A stretch of DNA of 63,558 bases, filler included, from Octopus bimaculoides (lineage: Eukaryota): NCBI RefSeq assembly GCF_001194135.2. It is 8 parts of 7 records of this genome, joined end to end, with 100 filler letters (N's around TTAATTAATTAA, not from the genome) between each part and the next. Parts side by side here need not be neighbours in the genome. Positions count along the whole stretch, not along the records: positions 32,349 to 48,751 come from NC_068998.1; positions 48,852 to 54,808 come from NC_069007.1; 6 more parts are not named here. One strand, 5' to 3'. The translations under genes were made by a program, and so were the position numbers. Every line of letters begins with the position of its first letter. Within the stretch, counting starts at the first letter, position 1. Of the stretch, positions 40,474-50,845 are shown one piece after another. The notes below the pieces were generated by a model that had not been told where the DNA came from, did no database searches, and worked only from the letters and a program-made list of their open reading frames with translations.

Positions 40474-40585
40474 GGTGTTGGTGGTGGTTGTGGTGATGGT
40501 GGTGGTGGTAGTGGTGGTGATGATGATGATGATGATAACATTTAAAAATACCTTAAGAATGAGAACCTAATTTCGAAATTTTCCC

Positions 40586-40617
40586 AAGACAGCTATGAAG
40601 GCTGGAAACGTTGTGTT
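40586..40617 (+). ncRNA. Deleted hammerhead remnant (right arm)
   Basis: aagacag cu-auga a ggcug GAAA cg UU guguu. It keeps the 5' strand of stem II (ggcug), which is complementary to the cagcc retained in the left arm. Confidence 0.5.
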
Positions 40618-41485
40618 AACAATAAACAAGATGAGGACAAATATCCGTCAAATGTAACTGATGTAAAAAGAACGCAGCTTGAATCACGGACAGAGTCAAC
40701 AACTATTCGAAAGTCTGCAAGACGCAATGAAAATTTTAAAATATATATATAAATAAATTAGTGGAAATTTTACCGGTGTGTGTGTGTGTGTTGAATTATA
40801 AGGCAAGGCACTAAAAGAGAATGACTCTCCCCAGACATAACTATAAAATGTTATCTCTTAATTAAAGTTTCTGGACAATTAAAACTTTTAAAAGGACAGT
40901 TTTACCTCACATAACAGTTGATTAAAAGAAAACCATCTACCACAAATCAACGCACTTAACAGGAATCAATTGTGTAAATGCATCGGGAGGATGACGTGAA
41001 CAAATACTCTCGCAAAATTTATCGAGATCACGTATATTATTACCTTCAAAACTTTTAACTTCCGTAATTAATTTTAACCCAAGTACGCATTTTGTCAGTG
41101 ACTATTTTCCGCACCGTTTGTTTCGTGAGATAAATAGAAGCAGTGTTTATGTATCTTTTTTAAAATTGCTGAATACTTAAACTTAAAAGCACATATTTTT
41201 TGTTGACTAAATTTCACTAAAATGCATTTGTAGTATCGAAGTTAGAGTTGCAGATCTTTCCCATGCTGCCAAACGTTGGAATCAAAAATAAAGCAGTGGA
41301 TTGTGAAGGAAAATACGTATACGTACAGTGACAGTTCTAGTTTACTCATAACAATTTTTGTCTGACATGACAATTAGAGTAACGTAAAGAGTATTACCAT
41401 TTGTTAAAGCACTGCAAAAGGATTCGTGTTGGCACAAATAGTTAGGTAGGATGTTCTTATAGACAGGTAATGTTTTCCATTTCGT

Positions 41486-41595
41486 TCAATTCCTAAGTTT
41501 GTTCTCTTCTTGAAGTGAAGTGAACATAGCGACTCCCAAGATAGTAGACCCGAAAATGTTATTGTTTGGATCGTAGTTTGGAAAGCTGTTCTCAC
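41486..41595 (-). CDS. Candidate terminal exon (phase 1), or an AG|GT site
   Basis: Acceptor tttgcagttttag. Reads GENSFPNYDPNNNIFGSTILGVAMFTSLQEENKLRN* and begins with gtgaga, itself donor-like. Confidence 0.25.
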
Positions 41596-42391
41596 CTAAA
41601 ACTGCAAATTCAATATTTCGTTTTGAGAAAGTACACTATCTCAAGAAGCAAACGCTCGAGAAAAAAAAAATTTGTAACAAAAAAAGTTTCTATAGAATTT
41701 TTACAATCTTATAGGTTTCAACACAACCGTAGAATTTTCATAGCTGCCTCTAATGTCAATAAAATCTTTGTAATTCATGAAAATATAAAATTTAAAAGCA
41801 TGTGTTTGAAGTCCTTAATTTGGTATGATACTTGCAATTGTTAAGTCTCTAATTTGTCAACGTCACTGTCATCTCTTGCTATATAATATAGCAACACATC
41901 TATAATCATAATTTGTCAGCCCTTGTATGGAAATAGTTGAAAAGTACCCATAATATAATTTGTTTATATATAGGCGTTCTTTTTTATATTTCTCTATTTA
42001 GTAAATAAACAACAAAAAGCAAAATAGTTTTCACAGAATATAAATGATAGGACACTTCCTTCTAGCAAACACAGAGACCTAATTTCGCTCCATAAATTCA
42101 ATTTAAGCTCATGAATTTTTGGTAAAATCATGTGCCTGAGGAAGCAAAATTCTAAAAATCTAATATATACGTTGCTGTATTAAGGTTGTTGAAATATAAT
42201 TCCGGTTGCCTACTTCTTTCAAGTAATTCATCAAAACATAATTTTCTATAATTGAAATTCTTTCATGCCCAGAAGGTTTCAGGAAAGGTACAATTGCCCG
42301 AGTTAATTGTTATTGACAATAAACGGAAGCGCCTTAAGCAATTGAAGATATGTTTTCTGTTATTTCTACTAGGTGAAGCCACTCTGCAGAG

Positions 42392-42671
<280 letters not shown>

Positions 42672-43904
42672 TTAGAGAACGCTGTGAAAGGATATGAAAC
42701 CACTGCTGTAGTGGCTCTTTCCTTGTTTCAGGTAAATACTAGCCAAGAACAGGAAACAATTATAGAAATAATAGCTGAGTATATTTCAGTTAGACATTAC
42801 ATTATGTGCTAATATAGTGACTGAAGTAGCTAAGAACAATGTAACTGCTAATCAGTCCAAGGGAATGAACACGCTACAGTCATACGAGGACATTTTAATT
42901 AGTTACTGCTAGTAAGCACAACGTTCCTACGGTTAACGCATAATACTTCAGAGGAGAAAGCACGGAGGAAACCGGATATAGTAGCAATAGAAGGAAATAC
43001 AGTTTAACCGTCACCTTTTCATATTGTTTATAATCAATAGACTTTATTATCGAAACCCTGCAGCATTTAAAGATGATAAAAGTACAATTGAAGAAAAGTT
43101 GGTTGGTGATTTAAACAGGAAATAGTGATATTTGAAAGTGTAATACTCTAGAATAATAACAAAGACAAAGAAAATGTAGTGGTGTGATACGGAATTTTTG
43201 TGGGAAATGATTATTAATATGTGTGGGGATTATCGTTAGACATTGATGTGATAAAGGAATATCCGTAACAATTCTAGTAGTAGCGAACGTAGATTTGCTG
43301 TAAGACAAATGTACGGTTTAATACCTTACATTGGTCAAATATGGTCTTCGCTAAACCATTGGCATTCAGGAAAATTTAATAGGGTAAGAGTTATAACAAT
43401 TATTTATACTTTGTTAATTACTTGTTTGGATTAATTTGCTTTGAGCAGGAAGTTGATAGTTTACATAAATATGGGCAGTATAAATTGAGATGTATGAAGA
43501 ATTTATATATTTCTGAGGAAAATAAATGCGCTTTGAGTAAAGTAAAAGATATGTGCAGATATGTATAACTATACTTTTTTGTTGGGGGTTTCTTTTTGTC
43601 TGTTTCAATGATTAGCGTCTATATTTGTTTTACATTTAACCGGTTTTCTGATTGAAACCTCTTTATATGAGAAGTTCTTATATATTTCGATGAATCATTA
43701 ATTTATTTGCTCCTATTATCGGATGTTTGACAGTCAGTGCTGTAACTATACCTCAATTATTTCGGATACTTCTGGGATGGTTCAACTGTCAGTTTATATA
43801 CATCCAGGTTCCATCATGCGTTCACAATAGATAGGATAGGCCTTATACAATTAAATGACAGTTACAAACTTTCTGACAACGGTAAAAAAAAAATCATCTC
43901 ATTA

Positions 43905-44560
43905 GGAACAAAATAAGGCCTTGTCCCGTTATCAAGTACCTGCAGAAAAATGGTATGGGTTTATCACCCAAGGACATTCGTGCTGAGATAGTTATTGCAT
44001 TAGGGGATGTTGTTCCATGCTTATCAACAGTGCAAAATTGGGCAGCTGAAATTAGGAGGGAAAGGGAGAGTCTTGAACACGATCCAAGGTCTTGCTGTCT
44101 ATTAACTGCCAATAATATAGAAAACACTGATTGCGTTCACCACATGTAGATGGATAGCAGCCGGCTATCTATAAATCAGATAACCAATGCTATAAACATA
44201 TCTTGTGAGAGGGTTGATAATATTCTGTGCAATGAACCTGACGTGACGGAGCTTTCTGCTTGGTGGGTACCAGTTTTTCTGGATGCAAAAGGCATTGATT
44301 GTGTTTATGGACCTACGTTCAAAAGGGCCACGCCATTAATAGACAATATTGTGTCAATTTCTTGAGGCAGTTATAAAGGCTATCAAGACCAAATGGCAAG
44401 GAAAGCTATACAAAGGGGTCTATTTTACATCAGGAAAATACGGCAGTGGACAGGTCATTGGTTTAAATGGATTCTTTGTGTGACTGTGGTTTTGAACTCT
44501 TTGATAACCATCCTGATTTGGCCCAATCTGACTATCATGTTTTCCCCAATATGAAATGTG
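43905..44560 (+). mobile_element. Decayed mariner (DD34D) transposase, internally deleted
   Basis: VIKYLQK..GLSPKDI...LSTVQNWAAE.RR.RESLEHDPRS...SAWWVP (WVPRLL motif)...DLAQSDYHVFPNMK (YSPDLAP motif remnant). Confidence 0.85.
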
Positions 44561-44654
44561 ACCTCATTCTGTCACATTGCATGAGAGTATCTGGCTCAGC
44601 ATATGAATGTTTCAACCGTTTCTCTTAAACTGACATATTTACACATATGACAAT

Positions 44655-44830
44655 CGAAAAATATCGATAATCTGTCTTTACGTTCTAAGTTCACATGCTG
44701 GCGAGGTCGACTTCGTATTTCATCATTTTGGAGTCGCTTAAATAAGTAGCAGTTATTCCTGTGGCCAGTGTAATCGATTTATACCCTCCCCTAAAATGTC
44801 TGGCTTTGTGACAAAATTTGAAGGAAATAT
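44655..44830 (+). mobile_element. SINE family A fragment
   Basis: ttacgttctaagttcac...gaggtcgacttcgtatttcatcattttggagtcg...aataagtagcagtt...tggctttgtgacaaaatttgaa. Confidence 0.75.
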
Positions 44831-45359
44831 GCAATTCTGTATCACAATTTTCATATAATAAAAATGTCTATGGACGGGTTAGGACTCGGCAAACGAATTA
44901 ACGTAGTTCAAGCAGAAACCATGGAATCTAAAACCAAGGTGCGTCTATAAGCATATATGTGTCTATGTGCATGTGCCTCTGTGTGTGTGTATTTGTCTGT
45001 GCATGTGTGTGTACGTGTGTGTATGCGTAACACAATTAGTTTTGGAGTCAATTTTCTTACACGATTACAAAGAATGTAATTTCTGTTGGTATAATGAATT
45101 TCGTTCGATTTCGTTCCTTCTTACACTCGTCAATCACGTTTAGTCTATAACAATAGCGTTACATTCACATACACTAGAAGAATAATATTCTTCAGAACAG
45201 AAATTCAGTAGTTACATTTTAAATTGTTATATTTACGACATTAAGGTCAAGATACCGTATTCGTTGCTAAGCTGACGACATCTATCTGCACTAAAGTAAA
45301 GCCTTTAAATCGTACGGGCCAATAAAAAGATTATAAATTCTTCACTGTCACCCCCTTAC

Positions 45360-45401
45360 CTCTAGTTGAGACGCCATCATCAAACATTATAACATTATAC
45401 T
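45360..45401 (-). CDS. Candidate 42-nt exon (phase 1 to 1)
   Basis: Strong donor GAG|gtaagg and an AAG acceptor. Reads YNVIMFDDGVSTR(G) and is phase-compatible with 41595. Confidence 0.2.
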
Positions 45402-45518
45402 CTTAAATATAAGGCGTCAGTACATGTGTGTGTGTGTGTATGTGTATAAGAAATTAAAGAAGGAAAATTCACACATTTTACATACTTTTAATATAATTTA
45501 GGATAAATTTTATAGTGT

Positions 45519-45553
45519 ATGTCAATCGGTTTCGCTTTCGCTAATCATGACAT
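45519..45553 (-). ncRNA. Degenerate minimal hammerhead ribozyme in the PLE 3' region
   Basis: augu c AUGAUUA gc-gaaa-gc GAAA ccga UU gacau: stem I auguc/gacau and a 2-bp GC stem II with a GAAA loop. Four substitutions from an ideal CUGAUGA...GAAAccggUC. Confidence 0.55.
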
Positions 45554-46949
45554 TAAAATTATTTTAAGTATGCAGTTTTAAAGAATTTGTTGGGTCCATG
45601 TTGTTCGTGGACGAGTTTATGAATGAATAATTCAACGAATAGAAACATTCAAGGGGAGTAAATTGGTGATCGTTATTATTGTGAACAGGGGAGATAATTG
45701 TTCGTCTTTCCATGGTGGGCGGAGGTATACTCAAAACTTCAAAAGCTAGAGTAATGGGGAGAAATATGTACAATGATGGGTATGTAATCGTGAATTAAAA
45801 TATATACAGATTAATGTTGGTTATTCGTGTATATTTAGACGTGACCTGGAATTTTCGATGAATAAATTTTCTTTAATTAAACGTACTTGTAGAGAAATTG
45901 TATCTTTGCACGAATAGAATGGAAAACTGTGAAATTTGGCTGGATGTTCCCTGCTCATCTCTCTAAGTGTTCACTTAAATGAATCTGTCTGTAATGCGGG
46001 AACCGGATGTGCTCTTTAAGTAGAGTAGTTGTCTGTCTCAATGATTACTCGTGTCTCCTATATAGTTATGTCCACAACCCGAGCAGGTTATTACATAAAT
46101 TAGATTCTCATAGGCACAAGTGTAGTTGGTTTTAATTGTGAACCTCTCTCCTTGTTTGAAAAGGATATCCGAACCTTCAATTAGGTTCGGGTATGTTCCA
46201 CAATTTTTAACCGTTGATTTCGGGGCTGTTGCGTAAATTTTGCATTTACTGGAAGTTTCTTTAGCGATTTGTGTCGAATTTTGCATTTGATAAATTTAAG
46301 TTTTCGGGATGTTGTTCATTTTGGGGTCTCCATCTAACGTAAGGAGATTTCACACGACAGTGCTGTATGCCTCATTGTTTCTAGGGTTGTGAGTTGATAT
46401 ATACAGCAGTGTTTTGAGATGAGGTGTGGTGTTATGTTTTGTTGTCCTTATTCTTGCTATGTCTAAGTGAGGGTAGATATTGTCTTCCAGATAGTGTTGT
46501 TCGGATGTCTTGAATATGAAGGTCCCGAGTAGTTCTATAAGACACTATTGTGCAAATCCTTTTTGCCAAATTAAAGGGGATACTTATGTTGACGTGTTTC
46601 AAGTGGCGTGAGCTAAATATGAAGTTGCTGGTTCGAGTCCGTTGGTTTATGATATATGTCAGTTATAATTTGGTTGTTGACTTTTATAATTTGGTTGTTG
46701 ACATCATAATATCCGAAATGGGCACAGTTTTTTGTTATATTCCATTGTGAATTGAATGTTAAAATTTATATTATTTAGCGTTGATTTGAATTCCAAAAGT
46801 TTTTCAATGGTCTCCTTCCAAATCATAAAACAGTATTTTCAAGTTTTCTCTTATATAATGGTGAAATGGATAACCATATTTTTGCAGTAACACTTCATAT
46901 ATGATGCATTCAAAATAACCCATTATTAAGTTCGCAAGAGCAGGGGCTG
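45519..46949 (-). mobile_element. 5'-truncated Penelope-like element (RT C-terminal half plus GIY-YIG endonuclease)
   Basis: APALANLIMGYFE, TDIYHKPTDS, IPLNLAKRICTIV, FTIKTNYTCAYENLIYVITCSGCGHNYIGDT and HIRFPHYRQIHLSEHL. YLDD is removed by a small deletion. Confidence 0.88.
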
Positions 46950-47039
46950 TTTAAAAGAGATTACATCTCAGATGACTCCTTGTTGAAAAAATCTAGTACA
47001 AGTACATCTATAGAAAAAATACACCTCCATCTATATCAA

Positions 47040-48640
47040 ACTATACACATGTAAAAGAACACACGCAAACAAAACTGACTTACCACATGGAAGTAAACCA
47101 TTCTCAATCTAGTAATTGGGACAATTCACTAAGACGAAATACTAGAAGAAACCAACCTAGGGTTAGGAGTAATTTTTTCTCCCCAGCAACTAAAAACGTC
47201 CAAGGGACTTCCTCTACCCCTCAACGAAGACACTCAACCTGCAGATTCTCGAGCTATTTACCCAGACACACAACCAACTACTGAAAATCCCAAACATAAA
47301 TAACCACCCCAACAATTTATTCCAACGAAGAAACCCGTACCATGTATTTCCAACGAATTTACCCTGACAGCAACATCAACCACCCAGCATTCCCAATATA
47401 AAAAAAACAATAAGAATAATAATACTGATAACTTCTACCACCAACCAAATTACAGTAAACATATGAGAGAAACAGTGACACACGTTGGAAGAAATATTAC
47501 AGGAGAAACCCAAAGTGATAAATTTATCAAAGAAAAGTCTCTCTGTAACAAAAGTCAGTATACTAGCTAAAGGTTCAAAATCTACCCCAACCCCACGAAG
47601 ATCTAACCAGAATGACATTAAAGACAATATTTCGGAATTCTTCAGGAAACTACGACTCTCAGAAGCACTAAGTGACTACAACAACGAATGTGAGTCACTG
47701 GTTAAAAACAGAGATAATTATCTTCCACCTAAAGGTAGGAATAAAACACTACATGACTTCTGCGACCATATCCAAAATTTCCCATGTACTTTCCATTAAA
47801 GAAAAATTAGCTTAAACCTCAACAATCTAGAATGGAAAAAAATCTAATTGTACTACAAAACGAGGAAAGAACAGACAATTAAAGAAGCAGACAAAGGAAG
47901 TGCTGTTGTTATAAACTATAAACAACAATGAAAAATCTTGCATCTTTAATAACTCTACATGGAAAAGGCCTGACAGAAAAAGAAATAGGTTACATTACGA
48001 ACTTTAAATGAAAACCTATATTCTTTTACGACCTACGTAAAATAAACAAGATCAAGATGGTTCGCGAAGTCTGCAAACAATCAACAGGCAAATGCATAAA
48101 TATCCAAGCGCCAGAAAACTTAACGTTAAGACCCATTATAGCTGGCTCAGCCTGTGAAACCCAACGCATTTTCTAGACATCCTACTGAAACCCTTGCTGA
48201 AATGCATCCCAAGATTAACTAGAGACTTTAGACATGTTAGAGCACCTACCGAAAACAATTATTGGAGAGGCATTATTGGTTTCCTTCGATGCTATCAGTC
48301 TTTACACCAATATTCCACATGATTATGGAATAAAAGCAATCATATGCTGCTTGGAAAAATATCCCGAAGTACTTCCAGAACACATAATCAGGTATTTATT
48401 ATTGAATCTTTAAAATGTATTCTTCAGAGTAATTATTTCCTAGTTGATGACACCAACTATCGTCAAAAATGCGGATTTGCAATGGGAACGGAAGCAGCCC
48501 CTGTTCTTGTGAACCTAATAATGGGTTATTGTGAATGCACCATATATGAGGTGTCACTGAAAAACTATGGTTATCTATTTCACCATTATATAAGAGAACA
48601 CTTGCAAAGATACCTGGATGACGGTTCGATAAAGGAACGA
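47040..48640 (+). mobile_element. Penelope-like element N-terminus and RT to YLDD, 3'-truncated
   Basis: KVINLSKKSL...LAKGSKSTPTP...EFFRKLRL, KEADKGSAVVI, RPIIAG, LVSFDAISLYTNIPHDYG, YRQKCGFAMGTEAAP and RYLDD. Confidence 0.9.
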
Positions 48641-48851
48641 AAGAACTAATAAGGAATTATCCAAAATTCTGACTGCCTTTTTCTCTCTCTCTATCTCTCT
48701 CTCTCTCTCTCTGTATATATATATGTATATATATGTATATATGTATGTATANNNNNNNNNNNNNNNNNNNNNNNNNNNNNNNNNNNNNNNNNNNNTTAAT
48801 TAATTAANNNNNNNNNNNNNNNNNNNNNNNNNNNNNNNNNNNNNNNNNNNN

Positions 48852-49074
48852 AAACCCAAACCAAACGATAACAAAGGAGATCTACTGCGAGCAGCTTGAG
48901 CGGCTTAAGTGAGCACTAGAAGGAAAACGACCATCTTTGGTTTAAAGATAATGCTCGGCCACATACAGCGAGGATGACATTCGAAAGGCTGGAGCAGTCT
49001 GAATGGGAAACGATGTCCCGCCCATCATATTCGCCAGACATTGCCCCCATCTGATTATCATTTATTCCACAGTC
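48852..49074 (+). mobile_element. Mariner transposase 3' fragment, identical to 49681-49903
   Basis: QTITKEIYCEQLERL...DNARPHTAR...SYSPDIAPSDYHLFHSL. Bounded by N gaps on both sides. Confidence 0.8.
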
Positions 49075-49240
49075 TNNNNNNNNNNCCAGAGATGTTTTTA
49101 TAGCAACATAGGTTTGCTGTATCAGGGTTGATTTGCGGCTAAATAACAACAAAATTATTACTGAGACAGACCAACGACGGAACCTGTATGTGGTCGCATG
49201 ACCTGCTAGAAAAAGTAGCTAAACGTTTTTTATATACAGA

Positions 49241-49309
<69 letters not shown>

Positions 49310-49390
49310 GTTAGCTAGCTAGCTGGCTAACTAGCTACCTGTCTGTCTATCTGTCTGTCTTCCTATCTACTTACCTGCCTATCTAATCAC

Positions 49391-49490
49391 CGGGTCTAAA
49401 TTTTGCAAACCATATTCAAACAGTCGGTTCACCTCTAGCATCTTCACCATAAACTCCACAAATGATTTTTTTACACGTTTCTGCAGCAAG
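49391..49490 (-). mobile_element. Mariner N-terminal HTH fragment
   Basis: The minus strand reads AAETCKKIICGVYGEDARGEPTV*IWFAKFRPG. Confidence 0.6.
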
Positions 49491-49649
49491 AATTACGTGG
49501 TTAATATGCAACTTTTGTTTATCAATTTCAAATGGCAATTAAGGCTGAAAAGAATAAATATATGCTGATTTTTAACGTGGAACTTAGCTGATAGGTTTCA
49601 ATTCAGCAAGCAATTCTGAAATATGAGCAATATTAATATTAGGATTCTT

Positions 49650-49904
49650 ACCAGGAGGGTTTAGTCCACTTTGAATTTTTAAACCCAAACCAAACGATAA
49701 CAAAGGAGATCTACTGCGAGCAGCTTGAGCGGCTTAAGTGAGCACTAGAAGGAAAACGACCATCTTTGGTTTAAAGATAATGCTCGGCCACATACAGCGA
49801 GGATGACATTCGAAAGGCTGGAGCAGTCTGAATGGGAAACGATGTCCCGCCCATCATATTCGCCAGACATTGCCCCCATCTGATTATCATTTATTCCACA
49901 GTCT
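49650..49904 (+). mobile_element. Mariner transposase catalytic-region fragment
   Basis: QEGLVHFEFLNPNQTIT...DNARPH...YSPDIAPSDYHLF. Confidence 0.85.
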
Positions 49905-49905
49905 T

Positions 49906-50757
49906 CGTAGTAACGAAGCTAAAGCACACAGAGTGACGCTGCTTGGCACAGATTGACCTTGAACTCTGCTGTGCATGTGCACTAAGTTTTAACATTCTAG
50001 CTCACTTCTGCTGTAAACAGCAGTACTTAGAAGGAAGGTGAGTAGTGTGTGATCGTCGCATTGACTATGACAGAGAAAGGTGAGCAGAGAATCTGCATCA
50101 AATTTTGCCAAAAGCTTGGCGATACCTGCTCAGAGGCCTATACGAAAATTTCAAAAAGTTTTCATCGTTCTCGACACATTCAAGGAGGTCTTGTGCAACT
50201 GAAACCCAAGTGTCTTTTTGATCAGCTGAAAGCAATTTTGGCACAGACTTGGCAGAAACACGTCTCACCCAAATCTTCAGTGATAATGGACTGAACTGAA
50301 CAGTAAATTAATCTGCACATCCTCTGATTACTCACGGATGGTGATTCAATGAATTTCCCTCACAGCTGCACGTACATCTGCGATGTTTCTCTCAGTTCTG
50401 CTGGTTTCGGGTCTCCCAGCATGTTCGTCGATATCGATATTTTTCGGCCATCTTGGAAACGTCTGAACCACTTGTGCGCGGCTCATATATTCCTCTTCAT
50501 ACACTTTCTGCAATTTTGCGTAGCCCTCTCAGCAAGTATCACCACGGCAACTTCCTCTGTCATGGTCAATGCGATGATCACACGCTACACACCTTCCTTC
50601 GAAGCACTGCTGTAAACAGCAGAGGTGAACTAGAACGTTAAAACTTTGTGCACATTCACAGCAGAGGTCAAGATCAATCTTTGCCAAGTAGCTTCACTCT
50701 GTGTGCTGTAGCTTCATTATTATGGCAACAATCCGGATACTTATTGATCAGACCTCG
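49906..50757. mobile_element. Two convergent mariner 5' ends fused into a long inverted repeat
   Basis: Plus copy 49906-50159 carries the 5' UTR plus MTEKGEQRICIKFCQKLGDTC. Minus copy 50145-50757 starts TA-cgaggtctgatcaataagtatccgg and encodes WFRRFQDGR...GRP...RRVSAKSVPKLL. Confidence 0.85.
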
Positions 50758-50788
50758 TATATATTATTATTATTATTATTGTTATTAA

Positions 50789-50845
<57 letters not shown>

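Larger units (their letters stand above)
39684..40664. mobile_element. Palindromic (head-to-head) dimer of a tRNA-headed, hammerhead-bearing non-autonomous retroelement with a 10-bp TSD
   Basis: The direct repeat aaaaagaacg lies at 39674-39683 and 40665-40674. Heads 40167-40229 (-) and 40236-40308 (+) match at 51/63 aligned nt. Tails 39741-39785 (-) and 40613-40657 (+) match at 43/45 nt. Confidence 0.85.

Noticed and set aside
41390-41488. Selenocysteine or readthrough at the TGA (the frame stays open afterwards)
   Set aside because: No SECIS-like element recognised and no selenoprotein motif. A short open frame after a stop is expected by chance.
42732-43383. Purine-rich segment with RKPDIVAIEGN (RLE-like) and a strong donor at 43383
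   Set aside because: Many stops in all frames and no second supporting motif, so it cannot be assigned.
48852-49074. Apparent exact duplication of a mariner fragment (also at 49681-49903)
   Set aside because: It is identical including inactivating lesions and isolated between two gaps, so most likely a redundantly placed contig. Long reads are needed before calling it a real duplication.
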